41,355 nucleotides of DNA from a virus (Duplodnaviria > Caudoviricetes), in IMG/VR virus record IMGVR_UViG_3300005512_000089, positions 1-41,355 of that record; one strand, written 5' to 3'. The notes below the pieces were generated by a model. It made no database searches and had not been told where the DNA came from. It saw only the letters and a list, made by a program, of their open reading frames with translations. Shown here piece by piece: positions 19,967 to 28,899 of this stretch. The translations under genes were made by a program, and so were the position numbers. The number at the start of each line of letters is the position of its first letter. Within the stretch, counting starts at the first letter, position 1.

Positions 19967-20907
19967 TGCTTTTAGAGATAGAGAATCAATTATACTCTAG
20001 GGTTCATTCTGCTATAGGGCAAAGTGCTGTTGTCCTCCGTCTTGCAGAAGAACTAGATCAGTCCGGCAGAGTTGCAGAGCAAACTATGATCATAGTTAGT
20101 TATGTGTCTGGTAGCTCCACTAACGAGATGGGTGGTGGCGCGTACATTCCCACCGTTAGAACAAGGAGGATGACTTATAGCGTAACTCTTGTCCAAAAAC
20201 AGGCTCAGCGAGAGGGCCATAGTTTTGCTTTACCTCTTTTAGACCTGATCGCAGATGCAGTTACAGGATGGGTACCAGAAGTACCTGGCCTAGAGTTTGC
20301 AACAGGATTTGAATTAGATAACGAAAGGTTTGTTCAAGTTACCGAAGCATCACAATTCATCTATGAACAAAATTATTCTGTTAATGTTTCTATATCTGAT
20401 GGTCGATTCTATACTCAACCCTGTGCAGCTTTTGACCCTATTAGCGTCTTTGACTTCTTACCTACTAGGAAATGTTTACAGACTTCTGACGGAGACGCCA
20501 CCGGATTGGCGGTCTGGACAAGAGTAACAGGGCCAGAAACAAATGAAAGCTATATTGTAGAGGATAAAAACGCCTGCGATTGCCCCTCTGGTGTCTCCTT
20601 AGAACTAACTTGCGGAGCAGAAGAAAACGGAGAAGCTACGTATAAGTTCACTCCACAAAGCGCATTTACATACGGAAATAACGGGGAGTCACAGATAGAT
20701 GAATCTAAAGTAGTGACGGGTAACTTATCTAAGGTTTGGAAATGCTATAAGACAAAATCTGGAGACAGACCACCTTGGTTTAAGTTAAATATCGATTTTG
20801 CTCTTTGGAAAAATGAACCCGAAGAATTGGGAAGCAGAGATGCCAAAAACTCTACATCTAAGATGTATAAGATGGAGACATCTAAAGAAAGAGACTTCGA
20901 ATGCTAG
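19966..20907 (+). CDS. tail completion protein (Mu gp37-like) with C-terminal extension
   Basis: MLLEIE..L..R, VSY..S and ALPLLD.I..AVTGW.P; position after the gp36-like gene. Confidence 0.6.
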   Translation: MLLEIENQLYSRVHSAIGQSAVVLRLAEELDQSGRVAEQTMIIVSYVSGSSTNEMGGGAYIPTVRTRRMTYSVTLVQKQAQREGHSFALPLLDLIADAVTGWVPEVPGLEFATGFELDNERFVQVTEASQFIYEQNYSVNVSISDGRFYTQPCAAFDPISVFDFLPTRKCLQTSDGDATGLAVWTRVTGPETNESYIVEDKNACDCPSGVSLELTCGAEENGEATYKFTPQSAFTYGNNGESQIDESKVVTGNLSKVWKCYKTKSGDRPPWFKLNIDFALWKNEPEELGSRDAKNSTSKMYKMETSKERDFEC

Positions 20908-21221
20908 GCCCTCATAAATAATATTTTTCCTTTCTTAATATTATTACGCAGGGTATTCAGAGTAATGCAACGATGCCCTGCATTTTTTGTCATATTTGCT
21001 TTCTTAGGATATTTTGTTGTAAAGTCTCCGTTGGCTTTCAATAAGGCCATCTCTGTGCTATTTATCCCCACCCAATACTGAGGTTTCTTGCCATCCATCA
21101 AGTAGGGCTCCTCTTGCATGAAGAGGGAGAGCCCGTACTTATGCTGGAAGTATTTGTTTATCTCATCAAAGGTCTTTAAAGACGGGGATGAGCTCTTTGA
21201 TTGTAACTGATTTTCCGTCAT
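20904..21221 (-). CDS. hypothetical protein
   Basis: probable start MTENQ at 21221, overlapping the polymerase 3' end. Confidence 0.5.
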   Translation of the reverse strand: MTENQLQSKSSSPSLKTFDEINKYFQHKYGLSLFMQEEPYLMDGKKPQYWVGINSTEMALLKANGDFTTKYPKKANMTKNAGHRCITLNTLRNNIKKGKILFMRA

Positions 21222-23856
21222 GTTCTTTGTTTTGCTGAGATACTGTGTTCGTACTTGCATTTGCTGCTTTGCGGAAGATGTGGTCGATTTCGATAGATGA
21301 GAGCCAGGCATTAGCTACAGGAAGCTCATAGATCCCATAATTATACCTCAACCAAGCCCAACACCAGGCATGGGCGACTTGGAATAAAGCTGCAACCTTC
21401 TCTGCTTCTTCCTTTGGACACATATACAGAATACTGTCATGTACAGACATATTAAACTTTGCATTGAGTCCGTGATCTTTGATCAACCATTCCATCGCGG
21501 CCATGAAGGCATGAAGCATCGCACTTCCAGTTGATTGAATACACCAGTTATTTCTCATTGTCCAGAAGTCATCGCCCACCGAGGATGGACGGAAGGCGGT
21601 TGACATTTTTGTGCCACTTAGAGGGTTAATAGGGGTCTTCTCACAGGCAATCTTAGCCATCTCATTGTAAGCATAGGAATCAGATCCACCGATCAGTTCC
21701 CTCATACCGCGATAAGCTTTACGTCCTTTCTTGATCTCGATGAGTTTCTTACCCATCTCAATCGCCTGTTTCATGGGAATAGACTTATTACCCTTACGAA
21801 TGGTGTTTGCCAAGGTCTTGGCTCCACAGCCATAGAGCATGCCATAGTTACATCCTTTGGCCACGGCTCTGGAGATCCCGATTGCCTTAGCGGTCATGGA
21901 GTGCATGTCGGTTTTGTTATCTTTCGATCCCGCAAGGATAGCATGGGAGAACTGAGTAGACCCAGCCACCTTGTGGTAGGAATCAGCAAAGATGGAAGCA
22001 ACAACAGCCTCTTGGGCATCAAAATCTGATTCAACAAAAATCCAACCATCAGGAGCTTGTACTCTGGTTTTGATCTCGGATCCAATTTTGTCATACTTTG
22101 GATCAGGGACCGTGAGCCAGAGATTTTCTCCAGCACGGTTAGTAGAAGTATTGTGAGGGACTGTTGCAGGTACAATAAGGTTGAATTCTTTACCGAGAGG
22201 GTTATTGACTTTAGAGACATATTGTTCACGAACTCGGCTACGAACCGAGGTCCAATAGGATACGTTAATTGCAAGTTTGATTAGCTCCTCGGCTTGAGGA
22301 AGGTCAGAGCTAAGCATTCCAGTTTCAAAATCATCAGCGTAATCTTTAGAAAGAACACCGCCGACATTCTCCCCTTCGCCCTTAGGATGCGGGACTCTGG
22401 TATATTCTCCCAGGTCGTCGTCCATGAAACACCAACCTCTGTCAGAGAAATAAGTCATTGGCTTATCATCCCACTTGAGACGAAGTAGGAAGTGAGACAA
22501 TCGGTTCTTAGTAGAGATTCCTCCGATGACGAGTTTGTTGCCATCGTCTGTTTTTTGGATTTCAGACACGCTTCTCAGCCACTTAGGGATTCCGTACCAC
22601 TTAGAGGAGGGTTTCCCTGCTTTAGTGAGTTTGAAGTTACACTCCCAGTCCATCTGAGACAACCAAGGATCAGATTCAATATCAACTTCGCCCTGATTCC
22701 AAGCATCATATACCTCCTGAGCCATTTGACCCAAGATCTCTTCCTGTCGAGCAATAGATTCGTTCCAGATCTTCTCACAACCCTCAAACCATTCTTTCCA
22801 GTCATCAACTACAGGCAAGAAGGCAGAAGAGATCCCGAAGTGACCAAGAAGTGTGGTCAAGGATGGGTTGTTCTGTAGATATTTAAGTATGACAATCGAG
22901 TACAGCTCTTGGGTAATCTCAGCGTCTCTAAGAGCGTATTGAGTCAGTTCGTCACGGAGTTCACAGATCTGCTCCATGGTCTCACTCACAACAAAGACGT
23001 CTCGGATCTTCTTATCCTCTGGTTGTAGAGGGATCATAGGCTGACAATGGAAATTATAGCAGTCTACCAATCCATTCAAAGAACCTTTGTCAGCCCAGAT
23101 AGGATCGGCTTTAAAGCTAGATTTCTTAGTGTTTTTTTGCACATACCACCATCTTTGCCCTGAAGCCAATCCAGAGACATTAATGTGGGCTGACATGGTG
23201 TCAAACCAATAGTTCTTCTTGGTGATGTCATATGACTCTGCGCAACGAGCTCGGTCATAAGCTACGTTGTGAGCGATGAATACTTTGTTATCACCGACGG
23301 GAACTAGTGTGGTGTAATACTCGATCGAAGGATCTACATAACACTCGTGCATCCAGATGTAGTAAGCAGTATCTGTGACTGCGGAAGCTAGGATGGGGTG
23401 AGAGAAGTCAGAACCTTTAACAAAGGTCTCACAGTCAAATACGGCAATATCTTCTTCGATTACCTCAGGGTGGGTGATGTCAAACCCGTCTTTGGTGGGT
23501 ATATATTTGGTCCATCCCGGCGTGTTAACGATATACTGAGTGCTGGGCTTTTTAGGTAGATCAGAATATGCAAAGTCCTTCATGACTTTGATTTGGTCCG
23601 ATACAAGAGATCTTGAGATATTATCGAAGTGTTCTTTGATATTCTTCCCCTTAAGCTTCGGGAGTTCGAAGTCGTCCATAAAGAAACCCTCAGGGTTCTC
23701 TATAGGAAAAGTAACTCCGAAGTTTTCCATCGAAGCCTTAATGCTTTTAATAGTCTCGGGTTTCACAGGAGATGTCTCGCAATCTCCGAACACCTGGCGG
23801 TTCATCCCATCTGAAAGAGTGGCATAACCCAGGACATTAAGTTTGGACATAAACAA
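21166..23856 (-). CDS. polG: DNA polymerase, family A, mitochondrial Pol-gamma type
   Basis: Exo I FDCET, Exo II HNVAYDRAR, DTMSAH..VSGL, Exo III YALRD; motif A SDFDAQE, motif B RAVAKGCNYGMLYG, NWCIQS, motif C SVHDS; gamma-specific PHPKG...NVG and T.RAGE.LWLT. Confidence 0.93.
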   Translation of the reverse strand: MFMSKLNVLGYATLSDGMNRQVFGDCETSPVKPETIKSIKASMENFGVTFPIENPEGFFMDDFELPKLKGKNIKEHFDNISRSLVSDQIKVMKDFAYSDLPKKPSTQYIVNTPGWTKYIPTKDGFDITHPEVIEEDIAVFDCETFVKGSDFSHPILASAVTDTAYYIWMHECYVDPSIEYYTTLVPVGDNKVFIAHNVAYDRARCAESYDITKKNYWFDTMSAHINVSGLASGQRWWYVQKNTKKSSFKADPIWADKGSLNGLVDCYNFHCQPMIPLQPEDKKIRDVFVVSETMEQICELRDELTQYALRDAEITQELYSIVILKYLQNNPSLTTLLGHFGISSAFLPVVDDWKEWFEGCEKIWNESIARQEEILGQMAQEVYDAWNQGEVDIESDPWLSQMDWECNFKLTKAGKPSSKWYGIPKWLRSVSEIQKTDDGNKLVIGGISTKNRLSHFLLRLKWDDKPMTYFSDRGWCFMDDDLGEYTRVPHPKGEGENVGGVLSKDYADDFETGMLSSDLPQAEELIKLAINVSYWTSVRSRVREQYVSKVNNPLGKEFNLIVPATVPHNTSTNRAGENLWLTVPDPKYDKIGSEIKTRVQAPDGWIFVESDFDAQEAVVASIFADSYHKVAGSTQFSHAILAGSKDNKTDMHSMTAKAIGISRAVAKGCNYGMLYGCGAKTLANTIRKGNKSIPMKQAIEMGKKLIEIKKGRKAYRGMRELIGGSDSYAYNEMAKIACEKTPINPLSGTKMSTAFRPSSVGDDFWTMRNNWCIQSTGSAMLHAFMAAMEWLIKDHGLNAKFNMSVHDSILYMCPKEEAEKVAALFQVAHAWCWAWLRYNYGIYELPVANAWLSSIEIDHIFRKAANASTNTVSQQNKEHDGKSVTIKELIPVFKDL

Positions 23857-23870
23857 GAGCAGTTTTTACT

Positions 23871-23899
23871 ATTATAGACCAAGAAGCCATTCCTGTCAA
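23871..23899 (-). promoter_or_regulatory. consensus sigma70 promoter
   Basis: perfect TTGACA-17 nt-TATAAT upstream of the polymerase. Confidence 0.85.
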
Positions 23900-24597
23900 T
23901 AGTGGATCAGGAACTCCTCTCGGTCGGTGTAGTAGACGCCCACGCCTTCGAAGTTGGTGGCATCGATTATGAATAGGTTTTTACGTACGTAAGGATAGCC
24001 GTAATGGCCCAAGATATAAGTTATTTCTGACTCAGGGCAATATTCTTCTAAGTTTTTCTTCCACCAAGGAAAACCGGGCCCAGAGAGAATAGAATCTCTG
24101 TTCTCTTTTGTTACTTCTTTGTAAAACAACCCATGGGCTAGATTAAAAGATCTCTCGTTAGTTTCTATAGTCGCTGTGAGAGGACATCTTGCCAGCCACG
24201 AGATAATATCTAACCTCTCATTAAAATCCAGCTCCTTTAAGCACTTTAGAGTATACTGGACTTCTTTCTTAAGGATGTTATCCGAGGGAGTAACCAGGTT
24301 CTCTAGGATATAGTTTTCATTATTACCTAATAACAGAGTTGCTTCTTCCTTTAAAACTCTATCTCTGATAAATTGAAGAGTACGAACGGGTGAAGTTTTC
24401 CTTGTTCTTTTAAAGAAAGGCTTATGATGAATGCTATCACCAATGATAACATAATGGTATCCAGGAGATTTATCAATGATTTTTTCAAGAGTTTCAATTC
24501 TGCCATGAAGATCGCCTATAACACAATATCTCTTGTCACTCGGTAATAATAGGTGACCACCAATGTGGGGCTTCGGTTTTCCATGTGGCAAAATCAT
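23896..24597 (-). CDS. calcineurin-like metallophosphoesterase (PPP/ApaH-like)
   Basis: IGDLHG, IGD, LGNNE, AHG, GH and ID motifs. Confidence 0.85.
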   Translation of the reverse strand: MILPHGKPKPHIGGHLLLPSDKRYCVIGDLHGRIETLEKIIDKSPGYHYVIIGDSIHHKPFFKRTRKTSPVRTLQFIRDRVLKEEATLLLGNNENYILENLVTPSDNILKKEVQYTLKCLKELDFNERLDIISWLARCPLTATIETNERSFNLAHGLFYKEVTKENRDSILSGPGFPWWKKNLEEYCPESEITYILGHYGYPYVRKNLFIIDATNFEGVGVYYTDREEFLIHY

Positions 24598-25045
24598 GTT
24601 TGTGCATACAATAGTATTTGCGGTAAGCTGCTACAGCGTCACCCTCTACTTTACACTCATCTGGCATAGCCTGAGCAAACTCTGTCATATCGTGAGGTAA
24701 CTTTTTAGAGAGAGCAATGCGTGTTTTAAGCAAAGATTTTAGGCTTTCTTTCCCTCCATGAGGATGGCCGAATCGTTTTTCAAACTCATCACAAAGAGCC
24801 TCGGTTAGATGGTAGGTAAACGCCCAATTGCCAAAAGACTCTCCCATCCATAGAGTACAAGGATGCTTTCTAAACATCCTAGTCTTGTAAAACTCTCCGT
24901 TAGTTCGTTTTGCAGGATCGAGGTCATTAACTGCTGCAACAATGCTCATCATTTGAAGATGTTCAACAATCATTTTGTTGACATGTTTATCGCAATGATA
25001 TTGTGCTGCTTTTACCGGATCCTTATCCAGTACAAATACATTCAT
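24536..25045 (-). CDS. pyrimidine dimer DNA glycosylase (DenV-related) family protein
   Basis: MN.F.LD.DP..AA..HCDKHV.KM..E..Q, HPCT.W, F.QAMPD and AYR.YY. Confidence 0.75.
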   Translation of the reverse strand: MNVFVLDKDPVKAAQYHCDKHVNKMIVEHLQMMSIVAAVNDLDPAKRTNGEFYKTRMFRKHPCTLWMGESFGNWAFTYHLTEALCDEFEKRFGHPHGGKESLKSLLKTRIALSKKLPHDMTEFAQAMPDECKVEGDAVAAYRKYYCMHKHDFATWKTEAPHWWSPIITE

Positions 25046-25069
25046 AGCACTATAAGTTATACTATAGAT

Positions 25070-25098
25070 ATCTTAATCTAAAAGAGTGCTTATGTCAA
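25070..25098 (-). promoter_or_regulatory. sigma70-type promoter
   Basis: TTGACA-17 nt-TAAGAT before ATG 25045. Confidence 0.6.
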
Positions 25099-25195
25099 TA
25101 CCCTACAAAAATGAGCTCTCTCCCAATCCCAGTTATGCATGAATAAAAGACTAGAGATGACGGTAGAAACGCGAATGTTAAAATTAGTGCTCTGA

Positions 25196-25363
25196 TTAAA
25201 ATAGTAAACGCCATATTAAGATAAGAGGTATTGATATTAAAAGCAATATCTTGACAAAAATAATGGCTAATGCAATTAATCTGTTTTTAGCATAAATATC
25301 TAGCCACCACAGGCTACAGACTATCAAGAGATTCAAAACAGCGCCCAAAGGGTTATTTTTCAT
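25196..25363 (-). CDS. small membrane protein
   Basis: 55-aa hydrophobic ORF MKNNPLG...WRLLF, absent from the ORF track. Confidence 0.4.
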   Translation of the reverse strand: MKNNPLGAVLNLLIVCSLWWLDIYAKNRLIALAIIFVKILLLISIPLILIWRLLF

Positions 25364-25371
25364 TTGCTGAC

Positions 25372-25956
25372 TTATTCAGTTTCTAGGTCTTCGCAACCGT
25401 TTACTATTGTAGCAAGTTTCCCTCCGATGTCAGCCCCTTGTTTCTGTCCGAACATAGTTGCCCAGCCCGCGGCCAACCAACCGACATAAGGAATACCAAC
25501 TAACGCTGGGGCTATGGCTCCAGTTGCAACGCTAGCGCCCACCATGGCACCGGTTGACTCTCCGCCACCTTCCGCCTTGATGCACTCTAGAGCTTCTGCA
25601 CTCAACTTTCCCGAGCCACCTCCTAGATGCTTTGCCCCATCCATTGTGTATTCTTCGTCGTAAGTAACAGTAGACCTTCCGCCTATGCCAAAAAATCCGT
25701 TCTCTTTGTCAACAAACTTTTTAACTCCCATTATCTTAGGGTCGTTAGATTTGTATTCGATTTCATACCCATCTTTTCCAGCTTTTACTCTATATGAGGT
25801 GTAATCACTTACGGGAAGGTTGATGACCGGAACTGTAGGCTTTGTGTTCATTAAGTGGCCTAGGACACCTATGTGAGCAACACCGATCAATGTTCCCACA
25901 CCTAATGTAAGCCATTTAAGCACAGAGGGCTTATTTTTATTATCATTTTCAGACAT
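25372..25956 (-). CDS. membrane-anchored protein with C-terminal glycine-zipper-like region
   Basis: start MSEND; N-terminal transmembrane helix; GAMVGASV...IPYVGWLAAG...GADIGG. Confidence 0.7.
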   Translation of the reverse strand: MSENDNKNKPSVLKWLTLGVGTLIGVAHIGVLGHLMNTKPTVPVINLPVSDYTSYRVKAGKDGYEIEYKSNDPKIMGVKKFVDKENGFFGIGGRSTVTYDEEYTMDGAKHLGGGSGKLSAEALECIKAEGGGESTGAMVGASVATGAIAPALVGIPYVGWLAAGWATMFGQKQGADIGGKLATIVNGCEDLETE

Positions 25957-26012
25957 ATTAACCTCATTACGTAATAAAAAAGACCCTGATTTAGGGTCAT
26001 ATATACTCATCT

Positions 26013-26225
26013 TTAATCCTCGTATATCCGGCACTCATCAGTTTCAGGATTCATCTCGCAATAGAGTTCTAAAGCGGTGGGATCATGATGGTCCGATGGA
26101 TGCTCTTTATGATAATACTCAAGTTCACGGAGTTCTCCTTCAATGTGCCTTCTCTGTTGAGGGGACGTCGTAGGATTTGAGAGGATTTCTCTGTCTTTAG
26201 CAATGTGAGCTTCGATGTTTTCCAT
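26013..26225 (-). CDS. cp12: CP12 Calvin-cycle inhibitor (phage type)
   Basis: C-terminal LELYCEMNPETDECRIYED. Confidence 0.92.
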   Translation of the reverse strand: MENIEAHIAKDREILSNPTTSPQQRRHIEGELRELEYYHKEHPSDHHDPTALELYCEMNPETDECRIYED

Positions 26226-26227
26226 AA

Positions 26228-26656
26228 TTACTTAGATTGTTTGTATTCGGAAAAAGAGGTATACCCTCTGAGTTGGACTAATTGGTCGTAGGCCTCGACT
26301 CCTTTTTCGATTTTTGTACCCCCATCATAACACCAGGCGTACCCGTCGTCAACTATCTTCTTATTATAGCATTCTTCGCCTTTATAGAACCAACCCAACA
26401 TCCGGCCATATTTGCCGTCTTTCTCGGTTCTGACTTCTAGTTCTTTAGGATCTCCGCCGAACCATTCTTCAGCGTAGCTTGTAGCATCTAAGCCCAGAAG
26501 CTTTTCATCCTTGTCCCTAGTGCGTTTCTCTGGGGTATCGATCCCAGCGATCCGAACCCTTTCTTTCTTATAGAGACCGAAGCCTAGGTCTAATATGATA
26601 TCTACAGTATCGCCGTCTACTACTTTGACTACTTCTTTGATTCTGTATTCGTACAT
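26228..26656 (-). CDS. thermonuclease (SNase) family nuclease
   Basis: VVDGDT, RVRIAGIDTPE and GKYGRML. Confidence 0.9.
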   Translation of the reverse strand: MYEYRIKEVVKVVDGDTVDIILDLGFGLYKKERVRIAGIDTPEKRTRDKDEKLLGLDATSYAEEWFGGDPKELEVRTEKDGKYGRMLGWFYKGEECYNKKIVDDGYAWCYDGGTKIEKGVEAYDQLVQLRGYTSFSEYKQSK

Positions 26657-26725
26657 TGTGTTTTTTCTTTCTTTAATCGAGAAAGAAGTAACTTTGCGTA
26701 CGTAACATCTCCGTCGGAGTAGTAA

Positions 26726-26989
26726 TCAGGGTGTTTCTTCGCTATCTTTATTAGTTTCTTTGCTGCCGCTTTCGCATGCTTTCGTTTCATTTTGTCGTAG
26801 TACCTCCACGTCTTCTATATATCTTATAAACTCATTGACTATATTGTTTACGTTTTTGCCTCCCTGCGAGATCCACATGTCACAAAACTCGTAGACTTCG
26901 CGTTTAAGCGTAAACATCTTGCCTAAGATCCCAAGGGATTTAGCCCTGAGATCCATGCGTTCTTTAGAGTATCTCCAGTCGTTAGTCAT
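26726..26989 (-). CDS. hypothetical protein
   Basis: MTNDWRY...VYEFCD.WISQG; same strand as neighbours. Confidence 0.6.
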   Translation of the reverse strand: MTNDWRYSKERMDLRAKSLGILGKMFTLKREVYEFCDMWISQGGKNVNNIVNEFIRYIEDVEVLRQNETKACESGSKETNKDSEETP

Positions 26990-27011
26990 GGTGAATGTAT
27001 ATAGCATACAA

Positions 27012-27083
27012 TGCAAGATGACGGGATCGAACCGCCGACACCCAGAATGTAACTCTGGTGTTCTACCTCTGAACTAATCTTGC
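27012..27083 (-). tRNA. trnV: tRNA-Val(TAC)
   Basis: GCAAGAT/ATCTTGC acceptor stem, CCAGA-GTTACAT-TCTGG anticodon arm, TTCGATC T loop. Confidence 0.9.
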
Positions 27084-27091
27084 AAAAAAAG

Positions 27092-27259
27092 TCAGAGTTG
27101 CTGACAGATAATGTCGTAATTGATTCCCGTAGGACGACAGATAAATGCTGATTTGTCGTTGTCGGCTAATTTAGATAGCTGAGCAGAGACTAGAATCATT
27201 TGACCCAATAGCACAAAAAAAGCTATTTCTTTTTTGTACTTTTTAATTTTCTCTATCAC
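27092..27259 (-). CDS. small hypothetical membrane protein
   Basis: 55-aa GTG-start ORF overlapping the talC stop; one hydrophobic segment and two Cys. Confidence 0.4.
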   Translation of the reverse strand: MIEKIKKYKKEIAFFVLLGQMILVSAQLSKLADNDKSAFICRPTGINYDIICQQL

Positions 27260-27909
27260 TTAAGGAGTTCCTCTACTTTCTTTTGATCGTTGTCAAAGAT
27301 CTCAAGACCCTTGTCTGTGAGGATATGATCGTACATCTGCTCAAAGACCTTAGGAGGCATAGTGGCGATCTCAGCACCGTTGTACCAGGATCTAATTGCC
27401 CTTTGTACCGTACGAATAGATGCTGCGAGGATTTTTGTGCTTCTGCGGTGCATGCAGTATAGCTCAGAGATACTTCTAACCACCTCAAGACCTGCAACTG
27501 ATTGATCATCAAGTCGGCCAACAAAAGGAGAGACATAAGTCGCCCCGGCCTTAGAAGCAAGGACCGCCTGAGCGGCACAGAAGATCAGAGTTACGTTAGT
27601 CTTGATTCCCTCTTCTGAAAGGACTTTACAAGCAAAAAGACCTTCCCTTGTGCAGGGTAGTTTAATGGTAGCCACTTCTCCGAACTCTTTAGAGAGCTTC
27701 CGGCCTTCTTCGATCATTAGCCAGTCATTACCTACGACTTCCATGCTAATATCTTGGACTCCGATGTTTTTGATTTCTTGGTAAACATCGTTGGGTTTAC
27801 GTCCGCTCTTCATAATCAGAGTCGGATTTGTCGTGACGCCATCGATGAGACCAGTGGCAAAGTGATTACGGATAATTTCAGTATCGGCGGTATCTAAAAA
27901 GATCTTCAT
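27256..27909 (-). CDS. talC: transaldolase (TalC/FSA family)
   Basis: IFLDTAD, GVTTNPTL, IKLP, NVTLIF, YVSPFVGRLDD and LAASIR. Confidence 0.96.
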   Translation of the reverse strand: MKIFLDTADTEIIRNHFATGLIDGVTTNPTLIMKSGRKPNDVYQEIKNIGVQDISMEVVGNDWLMIEEGRKLSKEFGEVATIKLPCTREGLFACKVLSEEGIKTNVTLIFCAAQAVLASKAGATYVSPFVGRLDDQSVAGLEVVRSISELYCMHRRSTKILAASIRTVQRAIRSWYNGAEIATMPPKVFEQMYDHILTDKGLEIFDNDQKKVEELLK

Positions 27910-27924
27910 GACTCTAATAAGTAA

Positions 27925-28116
27925 AATACGTTACACTTATCCGTATGCCCGTAGTTCGTCAACCACTAGGGCGGCTGGCCCAACATACTGACAGTTTGTA
28001 ACGGAGTAGGACAGGGGTCCTCCCTGAACATCCAAAGGGGGCTGATTCCAAACTTGCAGGACAATGATGGCCCTGTTGCTGAGTGGCACCTTTGGTTGGG
28101 GCATCTCAAACCCCTA
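27925..28116 (-). ncRNA. structured RNA, probable manA motif
   Basis: about 190 nt GC-rich non-coding stretch between tRNA-Gly and talC; stems GGGGT/GCCCC, CCAAAGG/CCTTTGG, CAGGGC/GTCCTG, CAGGG/CCCTG, CGTTACA/TGTAACG, GTATG/CATAC and GGGC/GCCC. Confidence 0.65.
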
Positions 28117-28118
28117 AG

Positions 28119-28190
28119 AGCGGAGTATCGGAATCGAACCGACGACATTCAGCTTGGAAGGCTGACGTTCTACCACTGAACTAATCCCGC
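28119..28190 (-). tRNA. trnG: tRNA-Gly(TCC)
   Basis: TCAGC-CTTCCAA-GCTGA anticodon arm, GGTTCGATTCC T arm, U discriminator; one A-C mismatch in the acceptor stem. Confidence 0.9.
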
Positions 28191-28201
28191 AGACTCAAAT
28201 A

Positions 28202-28810
28202 TTATATCATGTATTTGAGCTTATTAACATACTCGTATGCGTATGTCTCACGAGGGCCTTTGATCCCCCAACCCAACCAATAATACGCCGGAACCATATA
28301 CTGTCTAACAGTCTGTCCGTTCCCCTCGAACATTGGAAGATAGCGCTGGAAGATGTTCTCGTTAATCATATAGCGGGTCTGGCCTTCTAAGCTACTAGGA
28401 TCGCAGCCATATTTCTCACAAAAGCTTCCTAGGCCGCGGTATCGCGCTAGGGTTGTCCATTGAATAAGACCATAACCCCCACGACGGCAAGCGTCGTAAG
28501 AAACTCTAGCCCCTCCCTCGCATATGTTGGGAATGAATTTGCTCTCTTGTTTAATGTTACCCATAATTGTCGCCAGAGCATTGCGATCTGTGATTCTGGT
28601 ATGTTCTTGGAGTTCTGAGAGGACATATTGTTCTTCAGGTGTACAATCAGGACATTTCCAGGTAGGGTCTTCGGCTACTTCTTCTTTTTGCTCGAATTCT
28701 ACAACTGGGATTTCTACCGGTGAAGGAGCAGCCACAAATACAGGGAAAGCTAAAATTCCCAGGCCTCCGGTAAGAGCAATAGTTTGTAAAATCATAATCT
28801 TAGTCTTCAT
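28202..28810 (-). CDS. phage tail lysozyme-family muramidase with N-terminal signal/anchor
   Basis: ALATIMGNIKQES and GYGLIQWT motifs; hydrophobic N-terminus. Confidence 0.75.
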   Translation of the reverse strand: MKTKIMILQTIALTGGLGILAFPVFVAAPSPVEIPVVEFEQKEEVAEDPTWKCPDCTPEEQYVLSELQEHTRITDRNALATIMGNIKQESKFIPNICEGGARVSYDACRRGGYGLIQWTTLARYRGLGSFCEKYGCDPSSLEGQTRYMINENIFQRYLPMFEGNGQTVRQYMVPAYYWLGWGIKGPRETYAYEYVNKLKYMI

Positions 28811-28818
28811 AATGGGCA

Positions 28819-28899
28819 TGCCCGAGAAAGGACTTGAACCTTCACTCTGTTAAGAACGGCGTTCTAAGCGCCGCGTGTCTACCATTCCACCACTCGGGC
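28819..28899 (-). tRNA. trnL: tRNA-Leu(TAG)
   Basis: GCCCGAG/CTCGGGC acceptor, CGGCG-CTTAGAA-CGCCG anticodon arm, long variable arm. Confidence 0.92.

Noticed and set aside
486-20907. Mu-like transposable prophage or bacterial contractile injection system
   Set aside because: No transposase, repressor or host flanks are present; head genes exist alongside a lytic-phage polymerase, tRNAs and auxiliary metabolic genes.
21166-23856. Intein or intron in the polymerase
   Set aside because: Motif spacing is continuous and there are no splice-junction or LAGLIDADG signatures.
27966-28148. 60-aa ORF
   Set aside because: It overlaps tRNA-Gly and the structured RNA and has no protein features.
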